64,000 bases of DNA, from assembly GCF_964194025.1 (NCBI RefSeq), contig NC_134479.1, positions 35,402,001-35,466,000 of the forward strand, given 5' to 3'. Below, piece after piece: positions 1-13,463 of the stretch (positions are counted from its first letter, which is position 1; each line of letters starts with the position of its first letter). This DNA is from Convolutriloba macropyga. Lineage: Eukaryota. Made by a program: the position numbers and the translations under genes. The notes under the pieces were generated by a model, which made no database searches, had not been told where the DNA came from, and was given only the letters and a program-made list of their open reading frames with translations.

Positions 1-1345
1 CACTTCCCGTGCTAATAACTCAGATAAAAAACTGTAATCGGTTGCGTATAACTATTAAATGTGGACAATCATTAGGGGAACATCCCCACAAATTTTCAGA
101 TTCAATGACGAATCTAACTTAAAGAGTTGAGTGTACCAGGTTTTTTGTTTGCCCATTATTTTGCAATGGCTCTCTGGCGCCTTGAAACAAAAACCCTTTA
201 AGCAAAAACGCTTATTTCAAACACCAAATTAACTTGTCTAAGTTCACCTGAATTATCTAACTTACAAAATCTGGTTATAACAATTCCCTGCATCCTACAG
301 AAAATGTCCGACGTCACAAAGTGAAAAGATCCCCAACTTTAAGACTTTGGCTTTTCCGAACCCCTCCCCCCCACCTCCGTTACCTGAAATGCCATGTCGG
401 GTTTATAATTTTGCGTGGTGGGAGGGAGGCTGTAATGGAAAGACCCTACTTTTTTTTAAATTTTCGCAGGTTATATTGTTTTTTTTGGAAACACAGTCTG
501 GAACTAACATGAACTCCATTTTAGTACTGGGCAAGTTTAATTACTAGTCTCATTTCATTACTGATTCAGAGCTAAGATCGTGTCACTTTTTACTCTTGGC
601 AGCCTAAATTCAAGTTTGATCTAAGTTGAAAATAGTTCGGAAGAACGTAATAATTAGCCAAAAAATTCTCGAAAAAAAGTCAAAACTCAAAACTAAGACT
701 GGAAAACACCAAAATTTGCCGAAAAGTAGTCAAAATAGGTTCGGAAACTTAACCGAATTTGGATGATGGGGTCCCGCAATAGCATGGGTACCTTCACAGC
801 GGTCTTCTTTACAATTTTCCGCTAGTAGAAATTCCAGACATATAATCACAAGATCAGAAAAATGGTCGGAGATCCCACAACTTAAAGACTTTGGCCTTAC
901 CGATTCTCCTCACTTCCATTACTTGCCGGGTCGAGGTTTTTACTCGCAAATAACGGGGAAAAGTGTTAAAATGAGATTTTTACACCGTTAGTTCTCCGCT
1001 TAACAAGAAAGGGAAGTGTCAAATAAAAGTGTAATTTAAATAATTATACGTGGAATAAAATTGAAATTTAAAGCAACATCGCAATTCTAAATATTTCGAA
1101 AGAATACTTTTTCATGAACTCGTTTTTTCTTAGTTAATTGATTTTCTATTTCTAGTTTCTTACTCTCTTCCTGTTCGTCTCCATTCCCTTCCTTGTTTTC
1201 GCAGGTAATAGAGATAGCTTTTTCGAAACACAACCGGAAACTAACGTCAAGTCATTTTCAGTATACTGGGCAAGTCTATTTACAAGTCTCATTCCATTAC
1301 TGATTCAGAGCTATGTTCATGTCACTTTTTTCATTTGGCAGTCTC

Positions 1346-1444
1346 AATCCAGGTCTGATTTAAGACTCGGCAATTTTTAATCCAAGTTCGATTTAATACT
1401 TGACAATTCTAAAGCCAAATCTGATTTAGGACTTGGCAAGTCCA
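1346..1444. repeat. Three 33-bp tandem repeats inside the large array unit
   Basis: AATCCAGGTCTGATTTAAGACTCGGCAATTTTT / AATCCAAGTTCGATTTAATACTTGACAATTCTA / AAGCCAAATCTGATTTAGGACTTGGCAAGTCCA. Confidence 0.8.
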
Positions 1445-1683
1445 AAATAGGTCCAAAAAACGCCAAAAATATCCCAAAAATTAGAAGAAAATAGGTCCGA
1501 AAAACGCCAATTTTAAATAAAAAATAAGAAAAATTAGGTCCGGAAGCTCCAAAATTAGCCGAAATAGATAATGGTGTCCGGGACAGCATGGGTAGATTCA
1601 CAGCGGTCTTCTTTACAATTTTCCTGACACAAATTCCAGACATATATTCAGCGGGTCTGAAATATTGTCCATTTTTGTACATT

Positions 1684-1951
1684 TCCGGGAGGAGGATTTT
1701 CCCGTAAAATAACGGGGAAAAGAGTGTAAAGAGTGTAAAATTAAAAAAAATTACCCCTATTTCTCCGCTTAATTAGCGGTGTAAGAGTGTAATTTTAAGA
1801 GTTGAATTTTAAATAATAATAGTGTAATTTCAAATAATAATTCCACTTTTAATTTTCTTTTACACTTTTTCTCATAAATAAGAGTGGAAATTGGATTAAC
1901 CCCTAATCCCCGCTAATTAGGGGTGAAATAAGGGTGAAAACTCCTCCCGGG
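1684..1951. mobile_element. MITE-like element (about 270 bp) present in every array unit
   Basis: Terminal inverted repeats (C)CCGGGAGGAGG...CCTCCTCCCGGG, internal AGAGTGTAA repeats and an ACCCCTAAT/ATTAGGGGT hairpin. No ORF. Confidence 0.6.
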
Positions 1952-4900
1952 TTGAAATTTATTAGGTTCATTTTAGTAAAATTCGGACTGAAAACGGGCT
2001 GACTAACTGTCTCAGGTTATCATATTTTTACCATATCAAACTCATTCGGCCGCTCAAAAAGGCCAATTTACGGTTTTCGGCACTCGGGTTATCCTGAAGC
2101 ATCGACTTCCAATCACAACCGGGGGTTGAAATTGTCACCAATCGAAAGCCCTTGAAAAGTTACACTACAACTCCAAACATCATAATGCTGCTACTAGTAT
2201 TCCACGAGCAATTCAAATTTTACGTTTCACTGCACCGGCGTGCGCTAGTCCCGTGCAAGTTGGTGTGCGGTCAAATCTGACACTAAAATTGGAATATTCG
2301 TACCCATATTAGTCTATCTCCCAAATTTCAGGTCAATCCGACTTCAACTTTTCGAAAAAAGACTTTCAATTTAGGTGCTAACTACCTTCCTGTGATAATT
2401 ACCAATATTCTCAAAAATTGCCACTTTACATCCTTAACTCTTCCAAAGATCACGCAAGACCCTAATTCATACGTGCATGCCATTACGACTGATTAATCTC
2501 ATTGTTTCTTACTCAAACAGTCATAATTCACAGCAACACATCTAAAAACCTTCAAATCACACTAGTTCCGGTGTTAATAACTGGAGGGTGGGTGGTCTGA
2601 TTGGCCTGAAATTTATACCCGCAGTAAAGGACCATTATGGGTTCCTCCCATCATTGACTGGTTATCAACCAATAACTCCTTCCCATCCCGGGAGGGGTCG
2701 GACAAATTATGTACCCAGGGTACTTCGAAAACCTGATAAATGCCTTTTCTTATTAAAAAAAAATCCAATAAAATTCTTCCACAATTTTCTAAACCATTCC
2801 CATGATCACACAATACATTACTGCGCAATTAAATACGACTACGACTAGTTTATACGGTTATTTCATCCATAAACAATCAATTTTCCACTTAAAATGCCAA
2901 AAAAACTTCATAAAACACCACTTCCCGTGCTAGTAACTCAGATAAAAAAAACTGTAATCGGTTGCGTATAACTATTAAATGTGGACAATCATTAGGGGAA
3001 CATCCCCACAAATTTTCAGACTCAATGACGAATCTAACTTAAAGAGTTGAGTGTACCAGTTTTTGTGTTTGCGTATTATTTTGCAATGGCTCTCTGGCGC
3101 CTTGAAACAAAAACCCTTTAAGCAAAAACGCTTATTTCAAACACCTAATTAACTTGTCTAAGTTCACCTGAATTATCTAACTTACAAAATCTGGTTATAA
3201 CAATTCCCTGCATCCTACAGAAAATGTCCGACGTCACAAAGTGAAAAGATCCCCAACTTTAAAACTTTGGCTTTTCCGAACCCCCCCCCCCACCTCCGCT
3301 ACATAAAATGCCACGTCGGGTTTATAATTTTGCGTGGTGGGAGGGAGGCTGTAATGGAAAGACCCTACTTTTTTTTTAATTTTCGCAGGTTATATTGTTT
3401 TTTTATGGAAACACAGTCTGGAACTAACGTGAACTCCATTTTAGAACGTGGCATGTTTAATTACTAGTCTCATTTCATTACTGATTCAGAGCTAAGATCG
3501 TGTAACTTTTTACTCTTGGCAGCCTAAATTCAAGTCTGATCTAAGTTGAAAATAGTTCCGGAGAACGTAATAATTAGCCAAAATATTCTCCAAAAAAGTC
3601 AAAACTCAGACTGGAAAACACCAAAAATTTGCCGAAAAGTAGTCAAAATAGGTTCGGAAACTGAACCGAATTTGGATGATGGGGTCCCGCAATAGCATGG
3701 GTACCTTCACAACGGTCTTCTTTACACTTTTCCGCTAGTAGAAAATCCAGACATGTAATCACAAGATCAGAAATATGGTCGGAGATCCCACAACTTAAAG
3801 ACTTTGGCCTTATCGATTCTCCTCACTTCCATTACCTGCGGGGTCGAGGTTTTTACTCGCAAATAACGGGGAAAAGAGTGTAAAGTGTTAAAATGAAATT
3901 TTTACACCATAGTTCTCCGCTTAACAAGAAAGGAAAGTGTCAAATAAAAGTGTAAATTAAATATTTATACGTGGAATAAAATTGAAATTTAACGCAACAT
4001 CACAATTCTAAATATTTCGAAAGAATATTTTTTCATCAACTCGTTTTTTAGTTAATTGATTTTCTTTTTCTAGTTCCTTACTCTCTTCCTGTTCGTCTTC
4101 ATTCTCTTCCTAGTTTTCGCAGGTAATAGAGATAGCTTTTTCGAAACACAACCTGAAACTAACGTCAAGTCTTTTTCAGTATACTGGGCAAGTGTATTTA
4201 CAAGTCTCGTTTCATTACTGATTCAGAGCTATGATCATGTCACTTTTTTCATTTGGCAGTCTAAATCCAGGTCTGATTTAAGACTCGGCAATTTTAAATC
4301 CAAGTTCGATTTAATACTTGACAATTCTAAAGCCAAATCTGATTTAGGACTTGGCAAGTCCAAAATAGGTCCAAAAAACGCCAAAAATATCCCAAAAATT
4401 AGAAGAAAATAGGTCCGAAAAACGCCAATTTTAAATAAAAAATAAGAAAAATTAGGTCCGGAAGCTCCAAAATTAGCCGAAATAGATAATGGTGTCCGGG
4501 ACAGCATGGGTAGATTCACAGCGGTCTTCTTTACAATTTTCCTGACACAAATTCCAGACATATATTCAGCGGGTCTGAAACATGGTGCATTTTTGTACAT
4601 TTCCGGGAGGAGGATTTTCCCGTAAAATAACGGGGAAAAGAGTGTAAAGAGTGTAAAATTAAAAAAAATTACCCCTATTTCTCCGCTTAATTAGCGGTGT
4701 AAGAGTGTAATTTTAAGAGTTGAATTTTAAATAATAATAGTGTAATTTCAAATAATAATTCCACTTTTAATTTTCTTTTACACTTTTTCTCATAAATAAG
4801 AGTGGAAATTGGATTAACCCCTAATCCCCGCTAATTAGGGGTGAAATAGGGGTGAAACCTCCTCCCGGGTTGAAATTTATTAGGTTCATTTTAGTAAAAT

Positions 4901-7900
4901 TCGGACTGAAAACGGGCTGACTTACTGTCTCAGGTTATCATATTTTTACCATATCAAACTCATTCGGCCGCTCAAAAAGGCCAATTTACGGTTTTCGGCA
5001 CTCGGGTTATCCCGAAGCATCGACTTCCAATCACAACCGGGGGTTGAAATTGTCACCAATCGAAAGCCCTTGAAAAGTTACACTACAACTCCAAACATCA
5101 TAATGCTGCTACTAGTATTCCACGAGCAATTCAAATTTTACGTTTCACTGCACCGGCGTGCGCTAGTCCCGTGCAAGTTGGTGTGCGGTCAAATCTGACA
5201 CTAAAATTGGAATATTCGTACCCATATTAGTCTATCTCCCAAATTTCAGGTCAATCCGACTTCAACTTTTCGAAAAAAGACTTTCAATTTAGGTGCTAAC
5301 TACCTTCCTGTGATAATTACCAATATTCTCAAAAATTGCCACTTTACATCCTTAACTCTTCCAAAGATCACGCAAGACCCTAATTCATACGTGCATGCCA
5401 TTACGACTGATTAATCTCATTGTTTCTTACTCAAACAGTCATAATTCACAGCAACACATCTAAAAACCTTCAAATCACACTAGTTCCGGTGTTAATAACT
5501 GGAGGGTGGGTGGTCTGATTGGCCTGAAATTTATACCCGCAGTAAAGGACCATTATGGGTTCCTCCCATCATTGACTGGTTATCAACCAATAACTCCTTC
5601 CCATCCCGGGAGGGGTCGGACAAATTATGTACCCAGGGTACTTCGAAAACCTGATAAATGCCTTTTCTTATTAAAAAAAAATCCAATAAAATTCTTCCAC
5701 AATTTTCTAAACCATTCCCATGATCACACAATACATTACTGCGCAATTAAATACGACTACGACTAGTTTATACGGTTATTTCATCCATAAACAATCAATT
5801 TTCCACTTAAAATGCCAAAAAAACTTCATAAAACACCACTTCCCGTGCTAATAACTCAGATAAAAAAACTGTAATCGGTTGCGTATAACTATTAAATGTG
5901 GACAATCATTAGGGGAACATCCCCACAAATTTTCAGATTCAATGACGAATCTAACTTAAAGAGTTGAGTGTACCAGTTTTTGCGTTTGCCCATTATTTTG
6001 CAATGGCTCTCTGGCGCCTTGAAACAAAAACCCTTTAAGCAAAAACGCTTATTTCAAACACCTAATTAACTTGTCTAAGTTCACCTGAATTATCTAACTT
6101 ACAAAATCTGGTTATAACAATTCCCTGCATCCTACAGAAAATGTCCGACGTCACAAAGTGAAAAGATCCCCAACTTTAAAACTTTGGCTTTTCCGAACCC
6201 CCCCCCCCACCTCCGCTACCTAAAATGCCACGTCGGGTTTATAATTTTGCGTGGTGGGAGGGAGGCTGTAATGGAAAGACCCTACTTTTTTTTTAATTTT
6301 CGCAGGTTATATTGTTTTTTTTTGGAAACACAGTCTTGAACTAACGTGAACTCCATTTTAGAACGTGGCATGTTTAATTACTAGTCTCATTTCATTACTG
6401 ATTCAGAGCTAAGATCGTGTAACTTTTTACTCTTGGCAGCCTAAATTCAAGTCTGATCTAAGTTGAAAATAGTTCCGGAGAACGTAATAATTAGCCAAAA
6501 TATTCTCCAAAAAAGTCAAAACTCAGACTGGAAAACACCAAAAATTTGCCGAAAAGTAGTCAAAATAGGTTCGGAAACTGAACCGAATTTGGATGATGGG
6601 GTCCCGCAATAGCATGGGTACCTTCACAACGGTCTTCTTTACACTTTTCCGCTAGTAGAAAATCCAGACATGTAATCACAAGATCAGAAATATGGTCGGA
6701 GATCCCACAACTTAAAGACTTTGGCCTTATCGATTCTCCTCACTTCCATTACCTGCGGGGTCGAGGTTTTTACTCGCAAATAACGGGGAAAAGAGTGTAA
6801 AGTGTTAAAATGAGAGTTTTACACCATATTTCTCCGCTTAACAAGAAAAGAAAGTGTCAAATAAAAGTGTAAATTAAATATTTATACGTGGAATAAAATT
6901 GAAATTTAACGCAACATCACAATTCTAAATATTTCGAAAGAATATTTTTTCATCAACTCGTTTTTTAGTTAATTGATTTTCTATTTCTAGTTCCTTACTC
7001 TCTTCCTGTTCGTCTTCATTCTATTCCTAGTTTTCGCAGGTAATAGAGATAGCTTTTTTGGAAACACAACCTGAAACTAACGTCAAGTCATTTTCAGTAT
7101 ACTGGGCAAGTCTATTTACAAGTCTCGTTTCATTACTGATTCAGAGCCAGGATCATGTCACTTTTTTCATTTGGCAGTCTCAATCCAGGTCTGATTTAAG
7201 ACTCGGCAATTTTAAATCCAAGTTCGATTTAATACTTGACAATTCTAAAGCCAAATCTGATTTAGGACTTGGCAAGTCCAAAAAAGGTTCGAAAACGCCA
7301 AAAATATCCCAAAAATTAGAAGAAAATAGGTCCGAAAAACGCAAATTTTAACTTAAAAATATTAAAAATTAGGTTCGGAAGCTCCAAAATTAGCCGAAAT
7401 AGATAATGGTATCCGGGACAGCATGGGTAGATTCACAGTGGTCTTCTTTAAAACTTTCCTCTGACACAAATTCCAGACATATATTCAGCGGGTCTGAAAT
7501 ATGGTTCATTTTTGTACATTCCCGGGAGGAGGATTTTCGCGTAAAATAACGGGGAAAAGAGTGTAAAGAGTGTAAAAATAAAAAAAATTACCCCTATTTC
7601 TCCGCTTAATTAGCGGTGTAAGAGTGTAATTTTAAGAGTTGAATTTTAAATAATAATAGTGTAATTTCAAATAATAATTCCACTTTTTTATTTTCTTTTA
7701 CAATTTTTCTCATAAATAAGAGTGGAAATTGGATTAACCCCTAATCCCCGCTAATTAGGGGTGAAATAGGGGTGAAACCTCCTCCCGGGTTGAAATTTTT
7801 TAGGTTCATTTTAGTAAAATTCGGACTGAAAACGGGCTGACTAACTGTCTCAGGTTATCATATTTTTACCATATCAAACTCATTCGGCCGCTCAAAAAGT

Positions 7901-8210
7901 CCAATTTACGGTTTTCGGCACTCGCGTGATCCCGAAGCATCGACTTCCAATCACACCCGGGGGTTGAAATTGTCACCAATCGAAAGCCCTTGAAAAGTTA
8001 CACTACAACTCCAAAAATCATAATGCTGCTACTAGTACTCCACGAGCAATTAAAATTTTACGTTTCACAGCACCGGCGTGCGCTAGTCCCGTGCAAGTTG
8101 GTGTGCGGTCAAATCTGACACTAAAATCGGAATCTTCGTACCCATATTAGTCTATCTCCCAAATTTCAGGTCAATCTGACTTCAACTTTTCAACTTTTCG
8201 AAAAAAGACT

Positions 8211-11200
8211 AATCTGATTAGGTCCGAAAACGACTACTCCAAAATAGGTCCAAAAACGCCAAAAATAACCCAAAAATTAGAAGAAAATAGGTCCGAAAAA
8301 AGCCAAGTTTAACTAAAAAAAATTAAAAATTAGGTCCGGATGCTCCAAAATTAGCCGAAGTTAGATAATGGTGTCCGGGACAGCATGGGTAGATTCACAG
8401 CGGTCTTCTTTACAATTTTCCTCTGACACAAATTCCAGACATATATTCAGCGGGTCTGAAATATGGTCCATTTTTGTACATTCCCGGGAGGAGGATTTTC
8501 CCGTAAAATAACGGGCGGGGAAAAGAGTGTAAAGAGTGTAAAAATAAAAAAAATTACCCCCCCTATTTCTCCGCTTAAATAGCGGTGTAAGAGTGTAATT
8601 TTAAGAGTGTAATTTTAAATAATAAGAGTGAAATTTCAAATAATAATTCCACTTTTTATTTTCTTTTACACTTTTTCTCATAAATAAGAGTGGAAATTGG
8701 ATTAACCCCTAATCCCCGCTAATTAGGGGTGAAATAGGGGTGAAACCTCCTCCCGGGTTGAAATATATTAGGTTCATTTTAGTAAAACTCGGACTGAAAA
8801 CGGGCTGACTAACTGTCTCAGGTTATCATATTTTTACCATATCAAACTCTTTCGGCCGCTCAAAAAGTCCAATTTACGGTTTTCGGCACTCGGGTGATCC
8901 CGAAGCATCGACTTCCAATCACACCCGGGGGTTGAAATTGTCACCAACCGAAAGCCCTTGAAAAGTTACACTACAACTCCAAAAATCATAATGCTGCTAC
9001 TAGTACTCCACGAGCAATTAAAATTTTACGTTTCACAGCACCGGCGTGCGCTAGTCCCGTGCAAGTTGGTGTGCGGTCAAATCTGACACTAAAATCGGAA
9101 TCTTCGTACCCATATTAGTCTATCTCCCAAATTTCAGGTCAATCTGACTTCAACTTTTCGAAAAATGACTAATCTGATTAGGTCCGAAAACGACTACTCC
9201 AAAATAGGTCCGAAAACGCCAAAAATATCCCAAAAATGAGAAGAAAATAGGTCCGAAAAAAGCCAAGTTTAACTAATAAAAATTAAAAATTAGGTCCGGA
9301 AGCTCCAAAATTAGCCGAAGTTAGATAATGGTGTCCGGGACAGCATGGGTAGATTCACAGCGGTCTTCTTTACAATTTTCCTCTGACACAAATTCCAGAC
9401 ATATATTCAGCGGGTCTGAAATATGGTCTATTTTTGTACATTCCCGGGAGGAGGATTTTCCCGTAAAATAACGGGCGGGGAAAAGAGTGTAAAGAGTGTA
9501 AAAATAAAAAAATTACCCCCCCCCCTATTTCTCCACTTAAATAGCGGTGTAAGAGTGTAATTTTAAGAGTGTAATTTTAAATAATAAGAGTGAAATTTCA
9601 AATAATAATTCCACTTTTTATTTTCTTTTACACTTTTTCTCATAAATAAGAGTGGAAATTGGATTAACCCCTAATCCCCGCTAATTAGGGGTGAAATAGG
9701 GGTGAAACCTCCTCCCGGGTTGAAATATATTAGGTTCATTTTAGTAAAACTCGGACTGAAAACGGGCTGACTAACTGTCTCAGGTTATCATATTTTTACC
9801 ATATCAAACTCATTCGGCCGCTCAAAAAGTCCAATTTACGGTTTTCGGCACTCGGGTGATCCCGAAGCATCGACTTCCAATCACACCCGGGGGTTGAAAT
9901 TGTCACCAATCGAAAGCCCTTGAAAAGTTACACTACAACTCCAAAAATCATAATGCTGCTACTAGTACTCCACGAGCAATTAAAATTTTACGTTTCACAG
10001 CACCGGCGTGCGCTAGTCCCGTGCAAGTTGGTGTGCGGTCAAATTTGACACTAAAATCGGAATCTTCGTACCCATATTAGTCTATCTCCCAAATTTCAGG
10101 TCAATCTGACTTCAACTTTTCAACTTTTCGAAAAAAGACTAATCTGATTAGGTCCGAAAACGACTACTCCAAAATAGGTCCAAAAACGCCAAAAATAACC
10201 CAAAAATTAGAAGAAAATAGGTCCGAAAAAAGCCAAGTTTAACTAAAAAAAAATTAAAAATTAGGTCCGGAAGCTCCAAAATTAGCCGAAGTTAGATAAT
10301 GGTGTCCGGGACAGCATGGGTAGATTCACAGCGGTCTTCTTTACAATTTTCCTCTGACACAAATTCCAGACATATATTCAGCGGGTCTGAAATATGGTCC
10401 ATTTTTGTACATTCCCGGGAGGAGGATTTTCCCGTAAAATAACGGGCGGGGAAAAGAGTGTAAAGAGTGTAAAAATAAAAAAATTACCCCCCCCCCCCTA
10501 TTTCTCCGCTTAAATAGCGGTGTAAGAGTGTAATTTTAAGAGTGTAATTTTAAATAATAAGAGTGAAATTTCAAATAATAATTCCACTTTTTATTTTCTT
10601 TTACACTTTTTCTCATAAATAAGAGTGGAAATTGGATTAAACCCTAATCCCCGCTAATTAGGGGTGAAATAGGGGTGAAACCTCCTCCCGGGTTGAAATA
10701 TATTAGGTTCATTTTAGTAAAACTCGGACTGAAAACGGGCTGACTAACTGTCTCAGGTTATCATATTTTTACCATATCAAACTCTTTCGGCCGCTCAAAA
10801 AGTCCAATTTACGGTTTTCGGCACTCGGGTGATCCCGAAGCATCGACTTCCAATCACACCCGGGGTTTGAAATTGTCACCAACCGAAAGCCCTTGAAAAG
10901 TTACACTACAACTCCAAAAATCATAATGCTGCTACTAGTACTCCACGAGCAATTAAAATTTTACGTTTCACAGCACCGGCGTGCGCTAGTCCCGTGCAAG
11001 TTGGTGTGCGGTCAAATCTGACACTAAAATCGGAATCTTCGTACCCATATTAGTCTATCTCCCAAATTTCAGGTCAATCTGACTTCAACTTTTCGAAAAA
11101 AGACTAATCTGATTAGGTCCGAAAACGACTACTCCAAAATAGGTCCGAAAACGCCAAAAATATCCCAAAAATTAGAAGAAAATAGGTCCGAAAAAAGCCA

Positions 11201-12670
11201 AGTTTAACTAAAAAAAATTAAAAATTAGGTCCGGAAGCTCCAAAATTAGCCGAAGTTAGATAATGGTGTCCGGGACAGCATGGGTAGATTCACAGCGGTC
11301 TTCTTTACAATTTTCCTCTGACACAAATTCCAGACATATATTCAGCGGGTCTGAAATATGGTCTATTTTTGTACATTCCCGGGAGGAGGATTTTCGCGTA
11401 AAATAACGGGGAAAAGAGTGTAAAGAGTGTAAAAATAAAAAAAATTACCCCTATTTCTCCGCTTAATTAGCGGTGTAAGAGTGTAATTTTAAGAGTTGAA
11501 TTTTAAATAATAATAGTGTAATTTCAAATAATAATTCCACTTTTTTATTTTCTTTTACAATTTTTCTCATAAATAAGAGTGGAAATTGGATTAACCCCTA
11601 ATCCCCGCTAATTAGGGGTGAAATAGGGGTGAAACCTCCTCCCGGGTTGAAATATATTAGGTTCATTTTAGTAAAACTCGGACTGAAAACGGGCTGACTA
11701 ACTGTCTCAGGTTATCATATTTTTACCATATCAAACTCATTCGGCCGCTCAAAAAGTCCAATTTACGGTTTTCGGCACTCGGGTGATCCCGAAGCATCGA
11801 CTTCCAATCACACCCGGGGGTTGAAATTGTCACCAATCGAAAGCCCTTGAAAAGTTACACTACAACTCCAAAAGTCATAATGCTGCTACTAGTACTCCAC
11901 GAGCAATTAAAATTTTACGTTTCACAGCACCGGCGTGCGCTAGTCCCGTGCAAGTTGGTGTGCGGTCAAATCTGACACTAAAATCGGAATCTTCGTACCC
12001 ATATTAGTCTATCCCCCAAATTTCAGGTCAATCTGACTTCAACTTTTCAACTTTTCGAAAAAAGACTAATCTGATTAGGTCCGAAAACGACTACTCCAAA
12101 ATAGGTCCAAAAACGCCAAAAATAACCCAAAAATTAGAAGAAAATAGGTCCGAAAAAAGCCAAGTTTAACTAAAAAAAATTAAAAATTAGGTCCGGATGC
12201 TCCAAAATTAGCCGAAGTTAGATAATGGTGTCCGGGACAGCATGGGTAGATTCACAGCGGTCTTCTTTACAATTTTCCTCTGACACAAATTCCAGACATA
12301 TATTCAGCGGGTCTGAAATATGGTCCATTTTTGTACATTCCCGGGAGGAGGATTTTCCCGTAAAATAACGGGCGGGGAAAAGAGTGTAAAGAGTGTAAAA
12401 ATAAAAAAATTACCCCCCCCCCCCCTATTTCTCCGCTTAAATAGCGGTGTAAGAGTGTAATTTTAAGAGTGTAATTTTAAATAATAAGAGTGAAATTTCA
12501 AATAATAATTCCACTTTTTATTTTCTTTTACACTTTTTCTCATAAATAAGAGTGGAAATTGGATTAACCCCTAATCCCCGCTAATTAGGGGTGAAATAGG
12601 GGTGAAACCTCCTCCCGGGTTGAAATTTATTAGGTTCCTTTTAGTGAAATTCGGACTGGAAACGGGCTGA
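8211..12670. repeat. Tandem array of a 960-970-bp unit derived from about positions 1441-2364 of the 2918-bp unit (about 4.6 copies)
   Basis: AATCTGATTAGGTCCGAAAACGACTAC starts units at 8211, 9171, 10141, 11106 and 12068. The body matches the middle of the large unit. The array ends at about 12670. Confidence 0.97.
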
Positions 12671-13187
12671 ACGGCTGATTACCGCTAAGAGGTCAATAAG
12701 TCAATAACTACATGAAATGACCCATTGTGACCTTCCGGGGTCCTAGAGTACTGTTTGGCATCGGCGCGGTATCAATATACAAGAACCCGCAAAATTGCGG
12801 GTAAAAATTAATTAACCTCTAACCTAAATCGTGGCACGACAAAAATCTTCGAAATTCGGAATTTTCACTCGTCTTTCATTTGGGAATCAACTTCCAAGTG
12901 TTATCCAAGTCTTGGCTAAGACTTGTAAGACTTGTATTTAGACTTCCCAGTACTGGGAAACGAAATTAAAATAGTTAGATACAGACTTGAACTTTACTGA
13001 TATAGACTGGGTGTTCGGTCCGGGATGGGAGGGGATTGCCGACGATTCAATCCTGAAGATCACGCTTAGTTTCTTATTTTTTTTTCAAAATATGAAAGTT
13101 TGAGGCGCTGAAAATTGAATTACATGGCGTTGGATATACCATTTACATAAGGGATTGACTAGAATTAGAGGGGGTAAAGAAAATATT

Positions 13188-13260
13188 TGCCGCGACCCGG
13201 GATCGAACCAGGGACCTTTAGATCTTCAGTCTAACGCTCTCCCAACTGAGCTATCACGGC
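13188..13260 (-). tRNA. tRNA-Phe (GAA)
   Basis: The reverse complement GCCGTGATAGCTCAGTTGGGAGAGCGTTAGACTGAAGATCTAAAGGTCCCTGGTTCGATCCCGGGTCGCGGCA folds as a complete 73-nt cloverleaf with anticodon GAA. Confidence 0.97.
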
Positions 13261-13463
13261 TGTTAAACACCACCGATAGTCCAGCAAAATAAAGCACGCG
13301 TTGATTGTCAGCCTAAACGTATTTAGCATAAAGAAAATATGTAGCATGACATAATATTCACGAAATGGTCGGTTGGGCGGAAATTTGACAATAGCATTCT
13401 ATTTCAACATGGTATCATTGTTTAGCGAGCACAGGAATTTATCAATTCTGTTTGCAATTTTAG

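Larger units (their letters stand above)
1..8210. repeat. Tandem array of a 2918-bp unit (about 2.8 copies in the window; probably continues to the left)
   Basis: CACTTCCCGTGCTA recurs at 1, 2919 and 5837. The ORF track repeats at the same period (2588/5506, 2613/5531). The copies are near-identical. Confidence 0.97.

Noticed and set aside
1897-1935. Telomere-like CCCTAA/TTAGGG
   Set aside because: Single inverted copies inside a MITE hairpin, not a tandem telomeric tract.
321-7351. Repeated 60-120-aa ORFs in the tandem array, including an 11-aa LDL..KSD repeat
   Set aside because: They are not preserved between copies (homopolymer indels shift the frames). The peptide repeat simply reflects the 33-bp DNA repeat.
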